Shown: positions 37,571 to 49,859 of the stretch, piece by piece
How positions within the stretch are numbered: position 1 is the stretch's first letter
Layout of the letters: each line of letters opens with the position of its first letter
DNA from: Octopus vulgaris
Taxonomy: Eukaryota
Assembly (NCBI GenBank): GCA_951406725.2
Contig: OX597814.1
Coordinates: 208,878,001-208,942,000 of the forward strand
Direction: 5' to 3'
Length of the DNA stretch: 64,000 nt
Program-made: the position numbers and the translations under genes
The notes under the pieces: generated by a model
Seen by the model: only the letters and a program-made list of their open reading frames with translations
The model's database searches: none
What the model was told of the DNA's origin: nothing

Positions 37571-37601
<31 letters not shown>

Positions 37602-37640
37602 AATAAATATTATTATTATTATTATTATTATTATAATAAA

Positions 37641-37674
<34 letters not shown>

Positions 37675-37718
37675 ATAAATATTATTATTATTATCATCAT
37701 TATTATTATTATTATAAA

Positions 37719-37770
<52 letters not shown>

Positions 37771-38272
37771 GAGTGAGAGAGCAGTGCATGCCATCAAAGT
37801 GACACTGGGGTAAAATATACGAAGCCCAATATACCCATCATGACTACCCGTCTGATAAAGGTACACCAGGCACATGCATCACAACCATATGTGCGCGAAC
37901 ATGGTGATCTCATATCAAGATAAACAGCACATGTCCTTGCAGGTGGGGCCCAGTTAGAATTTTCTTCAGGTTGAGTAGCCCATCCTGCTCAAACGGTCCC
38001 TGAATAAGGGTTGCTTTAGGATGTTGAACGAAACACCTATGTTTCCAGAGGTGAACCATTCAAACTCCAAAGAATCCCTCTCAACACATGGCCATGATGC
38101 TCCCCCACTACTTCTGCTCGTGATCAGAGATGCACATATCGTCAGCCACTAAGGGACATGCTCAACTGGTTAAGGTCAAACAACTGACAAGCAAATCTGT
38201 GGTATTGAGCAGAATATTTGCTGTAGGCCATCTTTTATACCAAAACAAAACAATGTACATGATAACACTTCC
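37771..38272 (-). mobile_element. (TAA)n-embedded ORF-less retroposon, copy 2
   Basis: As copy 1 but ~45 bp shorter at the right end; flanked by (ATT)n. Confidence 0.75.
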
Positions 38273-38361
<89 letters not shown>

Positions 38362-38363
38362 AA

Positions 38364-38403
<40 letters not shown>

Positions 38404-38452
38404 AATATTATTATTATTATTATTATATTATTATTATTATTATTATTATAAA

Positions 38453-38489
<37 letters not shown>

Positions 38490-38533
38490 ATAAATATTAT
38501 TATTATTATCATTATTATTATTATTATTATAAA

Positions 38534-38564
<31 letters not shown>

Positions 38565-38639
38565 AATATTATTATTATTATTAGTAGTAGTAGTAGTAGT
38601 GGTAGTAGAATTTATGTGGATAGTGGACCTGTAACCTTA

Positions 38640-39105
38640 GATATCCATTAGCTTTCAATAATCTTGCAAGTGCTGAAAACCCTTCTGATAATCTTTCCTG
38701 TTCTTAAGAAACAAACCTTCTGTAGAATCTCTACAGGACAATCCATCCTTATCTCCTTCGACCATTTATCTATATCATTACTCGCGGTCCCTAATGCACC
38801 GATTATTACAGGAATAACCTTTACAGTTTTCATACTCCAAATTCTCACAATTTCAAATTTTAAGGGATTGTATTTTTAAAAAAAATATTTTGTCCTCTTT
38901 CCTTAGAATCATGGAATCAAACAGACATGATAGATCAGTCTGTAAGCAACTTTGTTTTTCTTTGTCTATTATTGTTGATATTTTTGGTTTATTATTTTCT
39001 ATCTTCTTATCTGTTTCAATTTGGAAAATCCCATAAAATCTTGACTCCTGCATTCTTTCGACCTGATGATTATACCAAGTGTTTCCAGCTTCAAATTCCC
39101 ATTTC
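38640..39105 (-). pseudogene. degraded R4/Dong-type endonuclease fragment
   Basis: WSMKTVKVIPVIIGALGT...ILQKVCFLRTGKIIRRV aligns to the C-terminus of ORF 39435-40121. Confidence 0.8.
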
Positions 39106-39160
39106 TGATGACAACAACAATGACAATGACGACAACAACAACAGCAACAACAACAACAAC

Positions 39161-39199
<39 letters not shown>

Positions 39200-39258
39200 G
39201 TTTTTTCCTTCTTTCTTTAAATTTTCTTCCGTTTCTCGCCGAGTGTTTTCCATACACC

Positions 39259-39311
<53 letters not shown>

Positions 39312-39349
39312 TATTATTATTATTATTTTATTATTATTATTATTATTCA

Positions 39350-40150
39350 GTAGTTTTATTTTTATAGCGTGCTTTCACTTCACTACCGAGCGCAGCTCTG
39401 TGTGCCTTGGGTATGTGCTGTGATGCTCTGATGGTTATTGTATGGAAAGTGTTCTGCGTAGGATGTGTGCAGTGCCTAGTAGTGCAATTTTCTGTATGTT
39501 ATATGTGTTTGTAAGTCCTGGTGTTTTTGTTATGTATTTGTCTGAATATTTTTTTATCATGCCTAATGCACCTACTATGATAGGAATTGTTTCTGTTTTC
39601 AGGTTCCACATTCTAGTTACCTCTATTTCCAGGTCTTTGTATTTTGAGAGTTTCTCCATTTCTTTTAGAGACACGTTGTCATCTGCCGGTATTGATACAT
39701 CAATTAGAAAGCATTTTTTTTCTTCATGATCTCTGACAACTATATCTGGTCTGTTGGCCTTAATTTCTCTATCTGTGTGTATCGGCATATCCCAGAGTAT
39801 GGTTGCTTTCTCGTTTTCTGTGACCTTTTCTGGTGTGTGCCTATACCATCTTTTTTCTGTTGTTATTCCATAATGTTGGCATAGCTTCCAATGTATGTAG
39901 GTTCCAACTCTGTCATGTCTGTGAATATATTCCTTCTTAGCCAGGACTGGGCAGCTAGAGATAATGTGATTTATTGTTTCTTGTCCATCTCCACATATTC
40001 TGCAGTTACTTGTAATATTTCTTTTCATTACATGTTTTTGGTAATTTCTGGTGGGGAGGCTTTGGTCTTGTGCTGCAATTAAAAATCCCTCTGTTTCTGC
40101 TTTGAGTCCTGAGCTTCTCAACCATTGCTGGGATTTTTCTTTGTCTATTT
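39350..40150 (-). mobile_element. 5'-truncated R4/Dong-clade non-LTR retrotransposon
   Basis: Intact 3' ORF plus ~85-bp UTR running into (TAA)n, the established Dong target. Confidence 0.9.
39435..40121 (-). CDS. R4/Dong ORF C-terminal part: CCHC zinc knuckle + restriction-like endonuclease (truncated, probably not expressed)
   Basis: AAQDQSLPTRNY, CRICGDGQETINHIISSC, RHD, NRPDIVV...IDVSIP...EKLSKYKDL, PIIVGALG; 228 aa with no stops. Confidence 0.85.
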   Translation of the reverse strand: MRSSGLKAETEGFLIAAQDQSLPTRNYQKHVMKRNITSNCRICGDGQETINHIISSCPVLAKKEYIHRHDRVGTYIHWKLCQHYGITTEKRWYRHTPEKVTENEKATILWDMPIHTDREIKANRPDIVVRDHEEKKCFLIDVSIPADDNVSLKEMEKLSKYKDLEIEVTRMWNLKTETIPIIVGALGMIKKYSDKYITKTPGLTNTYNIQKIALLGTAHILRRTLSIQ

Positions 40151-40210
40151 CTTCTTCTTCTTCTTCTTCTTCTTCTTCTTCTTCTTCTTCTTCTTCTTCT
40201 TCTTCTTCTT

Positions 40211-40241
<31 letters not shown>

Positions 40242-40243
40242 TT

Positions 40244-40346
40244 GAGTGAGAGAGCAGTTCATGCCATCAAAGTGACACTGGGGTAAAATATACGAAGCCC
40301 AATATACCCATCATGACTACCCGTCTGATAAGGGTACACCAGGCAC
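40244..40346 (-). mobile_element. (TAA)n-embedded retroposon, copy 3 (short 3' end)
   Basis: Near-identical to 37771-37873. Confidence 0.75.
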
Positions 40347-40644
40347 TTATTATTATTATTATTATTATTATTATTTGTACAGCAGAGCCTGTGCAAGCTT
40401 CAATAATGTCACTTGATCTACTAGATAGATATAGCAGCTAAATTTCCTTTAATCACACCAGATGTTCTGAAAAAGAAAAATACATAAAAAAAAAAAAATC
40501 AAAAGACATGAGGGCTAGGATCTGCAGTAGTGTTGATTTGCCTTTGAAGAAGCTGTTTTGGTTCTGTCATAGGAATGGATCAATATTAGTTCATCATCAT
40601 TATTTAGTGTCTGTTTTCCATTTCTGTTTTCCAATTTTCTTAAG

Positions 40645-41041
40645 TAGGCACAGGAGTGGCTGTGTGGTAAGTAGCTTGCTTACCAACCACATGGTTCCGG
40701 GTTCAGTCCCACTGCATAGCACCTTGGGCAAGTGTCTTCTACTATAGCCTTGGGCTGACCAAAGCCTTGTGAGTGGATTTGGTAGACGGAAACTGAAAGA
40801 AGACTATCGTATACATGTATATATATATGTATGTGTTTGTGTGTCTGTCCCCGCAACATCACTTGACAACCGATGCTGGTGTGTTTACGTCCCCGTAACT
40901 TAGCGGTTTGGCAAAAGAGACCAATAGAATAAGTACTAGGCTTACAAAGAATAAGTCCTGGGGTCGATTTGCTTGACTAAAGGTGGTGCTCCAGCATGGC
41001 TGCAGTCAAATGACTGAAACAAGTAAAAGGGTAAAAGAGTA
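40645..41041 (+). mobile_element. SINE family A
   Basis: Full-length family match. Confidence 0.9.
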
Positions 41042-41484
41042 ACAGGGTCCAAAATTCCCTTAAAAAGATATTTTTACAGTAGCTGGATTGTGTTTTGATT
41101 TGAAGTTTACTAAATCACGGCTGACGTGTGGTTAAATAACAGCAACAATTAGTACTTAATTTACCGACCAGTTTCTTCTTGAATAATAAAAAAATAAAGT
41201 TGAGCCTCACATGATTTGAACTCGTAACAGCAAGGCAAGTAGTGAGTTTTAGAAAACATGAAATATCCAGTTTAATGTTTCTTCAACCTCCACCAGCTAT
41301 AATGATGACAGTTATAAAGATGAAAGCAGTGATACTTATGCAGATGGTGATAGTGATGGTAAAAATTATGTAACTTTCATAAGAAAATTGTTCAGAAATG
41401 AAAATGTTGAGAAATCTACACAAGAGATGGCTACAGAATATTGGAGCAAAATATTTTAGCTAAACACACACATATAATATATTT

Positions 41485-41890
<406 letters not shown>

Positions 41891-42170
41891 TTATATATAG
41901 TTTGTAAACAAATGACAAGTTAAAATTGTACTGGAAACCTTGTGTTTTTTTTAAATATTTTTTTATTCTCCCAGTAGTACATAACATCTATCATTCTATC
42001 ATGTGACCTTAAAATACAACATTAACAAAAATAGGAGGAGAAAAAAAAATATGAACCGAAAAAAAATAATAAATTCAGAAAAGCATGCCAAGCAGAACTA
42101 AAATAATAAAAAAATCCCCCTCACTCTTAGTAAGTTTCCTGTTTCATACATAGCAGAAAACATTATTGAT

Positions 42171-42203
<33 letters not shown>

Positions 42204-43306
42204 GTATGTGTATATACAACTGAGTAATAATATGAAAAAAATAATAAAAAATAAATATGGTAAAGAATATGTAAAAACTAAATACTGATCAAGGGAAACG
42301 CATTTATAATGGAAGTATATTGTGAAATACTATTTTTCTCTACCATATTACAGCCTGTCTTTGAAATGTATGTAATATGTCTGTATGTATGTATCTGTGT
42401 TGAAACACACGCATACATGCTGTTGTTGCTGCTGCTGTTGTTGTTGTTGTTGTTGTTGTTGTTTTTATCTGAAAGAACTAATAAATTGGTTGACCTTTTA
42501 ATATGTAAGTTTTGATGCAGTATGTCTGGCTTACTGACCATAAGTAAGTTAAGTATAAATAAAGTTCAAATTCTTTCTTGAACAAATGGTAAACACCCTC
42601 ATGCATACGTGTATACATACATACATGCATGTATGCGTGCACACATGTATGTACATATATGCACAATATGGTATGTGTTCCAAGCGTTTATGCAAAAACA
42701 ATGTAACATGTGGGACTTTAAATAGAAAGTAAGATGGTTGAGGAAGAAAAATAAAGTCCCATTCACCCCAAACGAGGTGGGGGAGAGAAAGGAAAGAGAT
42801 TGCACTTAGCAACTGCATTGAATAAAATGTATTCTTCAGTAATGAAAAAAAAAAAATGAAGAATGTAAATGAATTAAGAAAAGAAAAAGTGACCAATCTT
42901 TGAAGTCTATTAGGAATGTAAATCGGCAGTTGAAATGCATTTATCTTTAGTCTTGGAAAGTATGGAGCTCTCAGAAAATAATATTCTTTTTCCAACTTCT
43001 CTGATTGATTTCAGACAAGCGAAATCCCCTAAGGTTTTTTAAACATATGTTGAAAATGCCTGAAATTAGGTTTCAGAGTCTCTTATGGTCTTATTTTTTT
43101 TTTGTTACCATTTTAAAGATTCATTGAAAATATCTGAAAGCATGCATCCAAAAGATAACAAGGTTGTATGTTTGAATCTTCATCGAAACAATCAAATGTA
43201 AATTTAAGATTAAGAGGAAAAAAAAAAACCCAATAAAAAAACCCCAGTACATTTGTCCAGTGATTTCCTAAGCATTGCTTAGATTAACAGTAATATACTA
43301 CTACAT

Positions 43307-43710
43307 AGGTGCAGGCCTGGCTGTGTAAAAAGAAACTTTCTCCCCCAACCACATGGTTCCAGGTTCAGTCCCACTGCATGGCACCTTGGGCAGGTGTTTT
43401 ACACAATAGCCTTGGGCCAACCAATGGCTTGTGAGTGGATTTGGTTGACAGAAACTGAAAGAAGCCCATCATATATATATGTGTGTGTGTGTGTTTGTGT
43501 GTATGCGTGTGTGCGTGTGTCCATGTGTTTGTTCCTCCCATCACCGCTTGACAACCAGTATTGGTGTGTTTATGTCCCTGTAAATTAGCTGTTCGGCAAA
43601 AGAGACCAATAGAATAAGTACTGAAGTTGATTCTTTGACTAAAACCCTACAAGGCAGTGCTCCAGCATGGCTACAGTTAAATGACTGAAACAAGTAAAGG
43701 AATAAAAGAA
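43307..43710 (+). mobile_element. SINE family A (diverged)
   Basis: Family match. Confidence 0.8.
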
Positions 43711-43943
43711 TACTCCTTGGTTGTTATTGGCAGAAGTTTTAGAGAATTGGTGTAAGTGTGGCTCTGTGGTTAAGAAGTTTGCTTCCCAACTACATGGTTC
43801 CGGGTTCAGTTCCACTATTGGCACCGTGGTCAAGTGTCTTTTACTATAGCCATGTGCTGATCAAAGCCTTGTGAGTGGATTTGGTAGAGGTATGTGTCTG
43901 TGCATGTATATGTATATATATTATGTATATTAAAGCCATGCCT

Positions 43944-44019
<76 letters not shown>

Positions 44020-44290
44020 TCATCATCATCATCATTTACCATCTGCTTTCCAAGCTGGTATAGGTTGAATGGTTCAGCCAGAGCTGGCAAGCTGGGAAGC
44101 AGCACCAGGTTCCAATCTGATTTGTCTTGGTTTCTATGGCTGGATGCCCTTCCTAATGGCAACCACTTTACAGTGTGTGCTGGGTGCTTTTAACGTGCCA
44201 CCAGCATGAGCACACTATCATGTGGCACTGGCAGTGTGCTTTTTACTTGGCACTGGCACAAGCCAGTACGTATGTATGTACATATATATA

Positions 44291-44630
44291 TATATATGAC
44301 AAAACAAGTCAAGATAGAAAATGCTAAAATAATTTTATAAAGAACATTTCAGTACCAGTTTCGGTCATTTGAGACATTTTCAACTGTAATGATTAAATAA
44401 TTAAATTTAGAAAAATTAAAAGAAAAGTTTTTTTAAAAGAATATTTGTATAGTGTTCAAATATAAGTGGCATTTTCCTTGTTTCTGCCTTTCTCTTTCTC
44501 TCTTGTTTACACTTGTGGGTTCGCAAATGACTGAAACCGGTACTGAAATGTTCTTTATAAAATTGTTTTAGCATTTTCTATCTTGACTTGTTTTTTCATA
44601 TATATCAACTCGTGTGGAACTTTTCATCCT

Positions 44631-44635
<5 letters not shown>
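44291..44635. mobile_element. Penelope-like terminal remnant with ~80-bp inverted repeat
   Basis: Arms 44291-44371 and 44524-44605, embedded in (TA)n, carrying a hammerhead-like motif. Inverted pLTR fragments are typical of Penelope-like elements. Confidence 0.7.
44350..44386 (-). ncRNA. minimal hammerhead variant, U3-A8 core
   Basis: CAG-UUGAAAA-uGUC ucaaau GACc-GAAA-CUGG-UA-CUG; the inverted copy keeps the palindromic ACCGGU stem III. Confidence 0.55.
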
Positions 44636-44689
<54 letters not shown>

Positions 44690-45487
44690 GAGTGGAATAT
44701 GTTTGCATCTATATCTTGACATTATGTGATTGTTTTAAATGAATGACATTCATTTCTAGTCCTCCGCAATTATATGTCTGGCCATGGGGGAAAAATATTA
44801 CTTTACTTGGAAACAGGTAAGGGTTGGTGATAGGAAGAGCATCCAGCCGTGAAAAAAATCTGCCTTGATAAACTCTGTGCAACCTTTGCAAGCATTGCAA
44901 AAAAGGACATTAAAATGATGATGATGATGATGATGATTGGAGAAAAAATACCTTGCACTATTTAGTTAAGGCCTTTCATATTCTGAGTTCAAATCCTGCA
45001 AATATCAATTTTTCCTTTCATCTTTCCAGGGTCATTGAAATAAAGTATCAGCCACGTACTGAGCTCATGCCTCTCATGTTAAATTTCTGGTCTTGTGTCA
45101 GTTTTAGAAACAATAATGGGTGGAGGGATCATTAGTTCGTCAAATAATATGCTGAGCAGTATTTAGTTGCGCTACATTTTGTTCTTAGTTCAGATCCTGC
45201 TGAGGTCAACTTTACTTTTCATTCTTCTGGGATCAATAAAATAACTTCTAGTATTGGGGTCATTCTAATCAGCTAAACCCTGTCCTTTAAAATTACTGTT
45301 CTTATATCTAAATCAGGAGCAATTATTATTTAACGTTTGGTATTATGGAGATGTACTTGCATAGCAAGTTACTTGATCTGAGATTATGTGCTGAAACAGA
45401 AACAATTGCAGCGTGGGAGATGTTTGTAAGCCATTTAAGAACACACAAAAAAATGTTAGATTCACTTCAACTTTTAAATTTAATTTG

Positions 45488-45534
45488 TGTCAAAATATTT
45501 TCATTGCTTTGAAACTGCAACCTGTTCACTGACA
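45488..45534 (-). ncRNA. minimal hammerhead variant, G3-C8 core
   Basis: UGUCA-GUGAACA-g-GUUGC..GCAAU-GAAA-AUAU-UU-UGACA: 5-bp stem I, 5-bp stem II, palindromic stem III. Confidence 0.55.
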
Positions 45535-45627
45535 GAATTTTGTGTTGCATCTGAGAAAGTAACAGTTAGTTCATGATACATATGTATTTATGTATGTATG
45601 TATGTATGTATGTATGTATGTGTATGT

Positions 45628-46180
45628 CAGGTCACTTTCGAGTGCTACTGGTGACATGTAACCCAGTACAACCTGTTGCATGGTCGGGTCGTCGGCGACT
45701 AAACCGGCAACCCCACCAAGCTTGCTTGGTGAGGAGGGTGTTTATTGGACACTCTGCGGGATGAAAATCAAAACCCGTCAAAGGGTGGAGGAACTCTTGA
45801 GAGTCAATGGCCATCCAATAAATGTCTTAAGGCTGTATCATGCGTGGGGACATAGAAATAATCGGACTGAATACCCGATCGCGTGGTTAAACCATTGGGA
45901 GTGAAGGACTCCTAGCCTTTGTTAGGGCATCCTTCTAGGAGAAGGTATCTCAGGTAACTGGGATAACTCCGACATAAAACCTGCGGCTCAGCGGTTACCG
46001 ATGATGTTGACTTGTTCTTCTTTCGGATTATGGCTGCTGTTGCTTAGTGAGTGGGATTGACTCAGTGCACAGCCTTTCCTAACATTAAAAAAAAATCTTC
46101 TTGCACAGGCATTGCACGATAACAACATTGATTAAGCATCGTGCAATGGCCATACTCGATAACGAGGGGGCAGCCACCAT
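45628..46180 (+). mobile_element. probable non-autonomous RTE-derived retroposon in (TATG)n
   Basis: GC-rich ORF-less ~550 bp flanked by (TATG)n; GGGCATCCTTCTAGGAGAAGG resembles RTE 5'UTR motifs (recalled, not searched). Confidence 0.55.
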
Positions 46181-47121
46181 GTATGTATGTATGTATGTAT
46201 GTATGTCTGTCTGTCTGTCTGTATGTATGCATGCATGCATATGCACGTATGTATATGTATGTGTGTAGATGTGTCTGCATGTGTGTATAAGCGTATGCAC
46301 ATGTAAATGTATGTTTATGTACTGATATGTGTAGTTTCAGTTAAATTTTTCCTGCATCACTTGCTGCACCTCCGTGTTGCTGGGGTGTGTGCAGCATTGT
46401 GTATTCTTTTCTGCTGTTGGGAGAATGCAAACTCTTCCTGGTATTGTATTGCATCTGTTTGTTTTGTTATGGGGTCTAGTTGCAGTCTTTTGTTGTATTA
46501 GCGTTTATATTTTGTGTTCTTTATGTAACGTGAGTTGTGTTCTTCTGTTGGGTATTGGACCTGCTGGTGGTTGTTTATTTAATTGGACATTTGCTATATA
46601 ATGTGTCTCTTGTGTTTGTGGATTGTTTTGTTTGGGTTGTGTTATTGAATTGATAGTGTCTCCCATAGGATGTGGGCTGTTCCTAGCATGTGTAATATCA
46701 TGATAATATGAACATAAAAGATTTTTCACTAAAATTTTGTAACGATCTTTTGGGCTGACTGTTAATTTAAACATTTTGTCTCTTTCTTTTTTGCCTCTGA
46801 ACATTACATAAGAATTAAAATCCATGAAAACAAGGTAGATTTGTCAAAAGAAAGTATTGCATAAAATAGATACATACAAATTAAGTAATGCTTATTTTAA
46901 AGGAACGTTATCAAGTCTTTTGAAGCCATACATTTTTAAAATTCAGAAAATTTCAATTTTCAGTGGAAATCAACTGAATTCAAAGGGCTATTCCACTGGC
47001 AGGTTTTTTTCTCAACAGTTATTTTTTTGAGAAATAACTTGCTCTCTATTGTATTTCAACATCTGCTTGGAACTGTAAATGGTTGTATCACTTGGATTTC
47101 TCAAAGTTTGATATATATATA

Positions 47122-47355
47122 TCATCATCATCATCATCATCATCGTTTAACGTCCGGTTTCTGCGCTAGCACGGGTTGGACGGTTCGACCGGGGTCTGGG
47201 AAGCCAGGGGCTGTACCAGGTTCCAGTCTGATCTGGCAGTGTTTCTACAGCTGGATGCCCTTCCTAATTCCAACCACTCCGCGAGTGTAGTGGGTGCTTT
47301 TTACGTGCCACCTGCACAGGTGCCAGGGGAGTCTGGCATTGGCCACGATCGGTTG
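47122..47355 (-). mobile_element. RTE 3'UTR fragment
   Basis: Family match, (CAT)n tail. Confidence 0.85.
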
Positions 47356-48634
47356 GTGCATATATCTTTTAAATTTGTTTATGGGAAACTTTTATAAATT
47401 CCAACCTAGGATTATTGTTGTTATTACTATACATACATACATACATACATACACACACACTCACACACACATATAAATATACATAAATGTTGAATGATGA
47501 AAATGTGTGCTCAGCACTGCATTGGTGGATATAATTTCTTTATTTGTGAGTTAAGGCTACCATTGGTTTCATGTTAAGAAAAATAGGAAAACATCCTCAT
47601 GTCTAAACAATTTCTGAAGCCAATCACATGGAGAAGGGTGTTTGCCTCCATTTTGGAAAACACAGCCATTTTGGAGTCTGAGTTCTGCAAAAGCGATGGA
47701 TAAAATAAGTACCAGACTACCAGGCTTGATCTATCTGACAAACCCTTCAAGGCAGTGCTATAGCATGGTCGTAATCCAATGACTAAACAGTTAAAACAAT
47801 AAAAAAATAAAAAAAGTTGTCCCTGGAGTTGTTCCAAAAATTTAAAAACAACAACAAGGGAGAGAACTCCAACAACATCAGCTACTTGAAGTTTTTTTAA
47901 AAATAAAGATGATAAGAGCTAGGAGTGGAACTTTTGTCTTTAGAACCAACTGATGTCAGTAACTCAACTTACATTCATTAAAAGTCAGCCTCTAACTATC
48001 TGTTAAAAGTTAACTTTTAAGGTTATTTGAAAAGATATTAGTTGTTTTTTTTTTACTATCATCATTTCATATTTGGAAGTGGGAAGAAAAACAACCTCCT
48101 CCCAACATTTTTTTGGCCATTTTATTATTTTATTTTTGTCTGTCTTTTCTTGTAAAGTAACTGCTATTTATTCAGCTTTTACTGTATCCCATGGTTTCTG
48201 AGGTCTTCAAGGTCTCCGCATTCACGCTGTCATTGATTTCAGTTTAAGAGCTGTTTGTTTTTTGTTCTCATAAATTGCTCTCGTATTCTTCAACTCCCCT
48301 CAGTTTACCTAATTGGAAATAACAGTGCCAAGTCAAATAGATAGATGGGTAACAAAAGAGGGCGGAAACAATCAACAAACTAAAGTCTGGGGAAACTAGT
48401 CATGATTTTTGTTTCCCCTCCTTCTCTCAATCTAAAAAAAAAGTTTATAAAACTCATAAAATAATTCTACAGCATAAGTTCCTGTCACATATGAGATGTC
48501 TGAGACATTTGTTTTGATATTTTGGGAAAATTGAAAAGAGGCCACATCTGAAGTGTCAGAACACATTTCTCTGTATGGTGTACAAATTTATTTCATAAAT
48601 TTTATATAGATGAGTGTTTAGTAACTTGCTATAT

Positions 48635-48862
48635 TGCTGAGCTGGCAGAAACGTCAGCACGCCGGGCGAAATGCGTAGCCGTATTTCATCTGCCGTTACG
48701 TTCTGTGTTCAAATTCTCCAAGGTCAACTTTGCCTTTCATCCTTTCGAGGTCAATAAATAAAGTACCGGTTATGCACTGGGGTCGATGTAATCGACTTAA
48801 TCCCTTTCTCTGTCTTTGTTTGTCCCCTCTATGTTTAGCCCCTTGTGGGCAATAAAGAAATA
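48635..48862 (+). mobile_element. SINE family B
   Basis: Family match. Confidence 0.87.
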
Positions 48863-49859
48863 TATATTGCTATATCATGTGATCACATGATCAATCAGGC
48901 TATCAGATGTTGTTACACATCGCTGGTCACAATGTGCTTTTGCATTGTTTTAGCCTTCAAATGATGCTGGCTAGGTGAGCATGTTAACATTCTCCTCTGA
49001 TCAAAGGAGCAATTTGAAATGAATTTTTTTGTTTAAAGACACAATGCACCGCCCAGTCAAGGAATTGAACTCATGACCCAGCAATTGTGAGTGCAACAGT
49101 CTAATCACTAGGTCACATGCCTTCGCACTTAATATATAATACAATAAAATCATAATAATTTAAGAAAAATGATGCAGGCATGGGGCAATCTTTTTTGAGG
49201 AGCGGGCTGCAGAAGACATGTCTCATCATCAGGTAAGCTGCACTGCTAAGAAAAAAAAATTCAAGGTAACATTTAGTTAGGTGTACCATTCGGAATGTCC
49301 CATGAGCTGCAGTTTACCTGTGAATGTTACAATGAATGAGGGAGGTCAGACTGTGGGATTTTCATGATATATCAATGAGGAAACAAACATATTTCATTTT
49401 TATTTTACTGGCTGATTATGACCTTATTGCTGTTGCTACTCAGCATCAGGTCAAATCTACTTGAGCAAGCCTTGATCACAGGCATTCCATCCATGACCAT
49501 GCTGTATTTTTGGGATCGGTAAAATTTCATTATTCAGTGCTTCTTATCCTTTCCCAAGATGGTTGGGCATGATTTGAGGTAATCTGGCTGCTGCTACTTC
49601 TAGGAGGTCAAATAACCATGTAAAAGCTCCCTCATTGGTTCCCTTGTTTGTGTGTTATTCTGACCTGGCAAGTGGTTGTGGTTTGTGCAAATTTGGCTAT
49701 CAGCCTTGTAGTTCAATGATCATGGTTTGTTATTCCATAGCAACAGGGCATACTGTTCCTTATTAAAGCAATTAACTCTCACCAAACTAGTTCATCTATT
49801 TATAGAATCCTAGATTACATAACTTTAACAGCTTGTGAGCATTAATGGATGCGGTTGTG

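Noticed and set aside
49170-49240. Possible exon ending CAG|GTAAGC
   Set aside because: No good acceptor or recognisable protein; the start resembles a decayed hAT MITE terminus.
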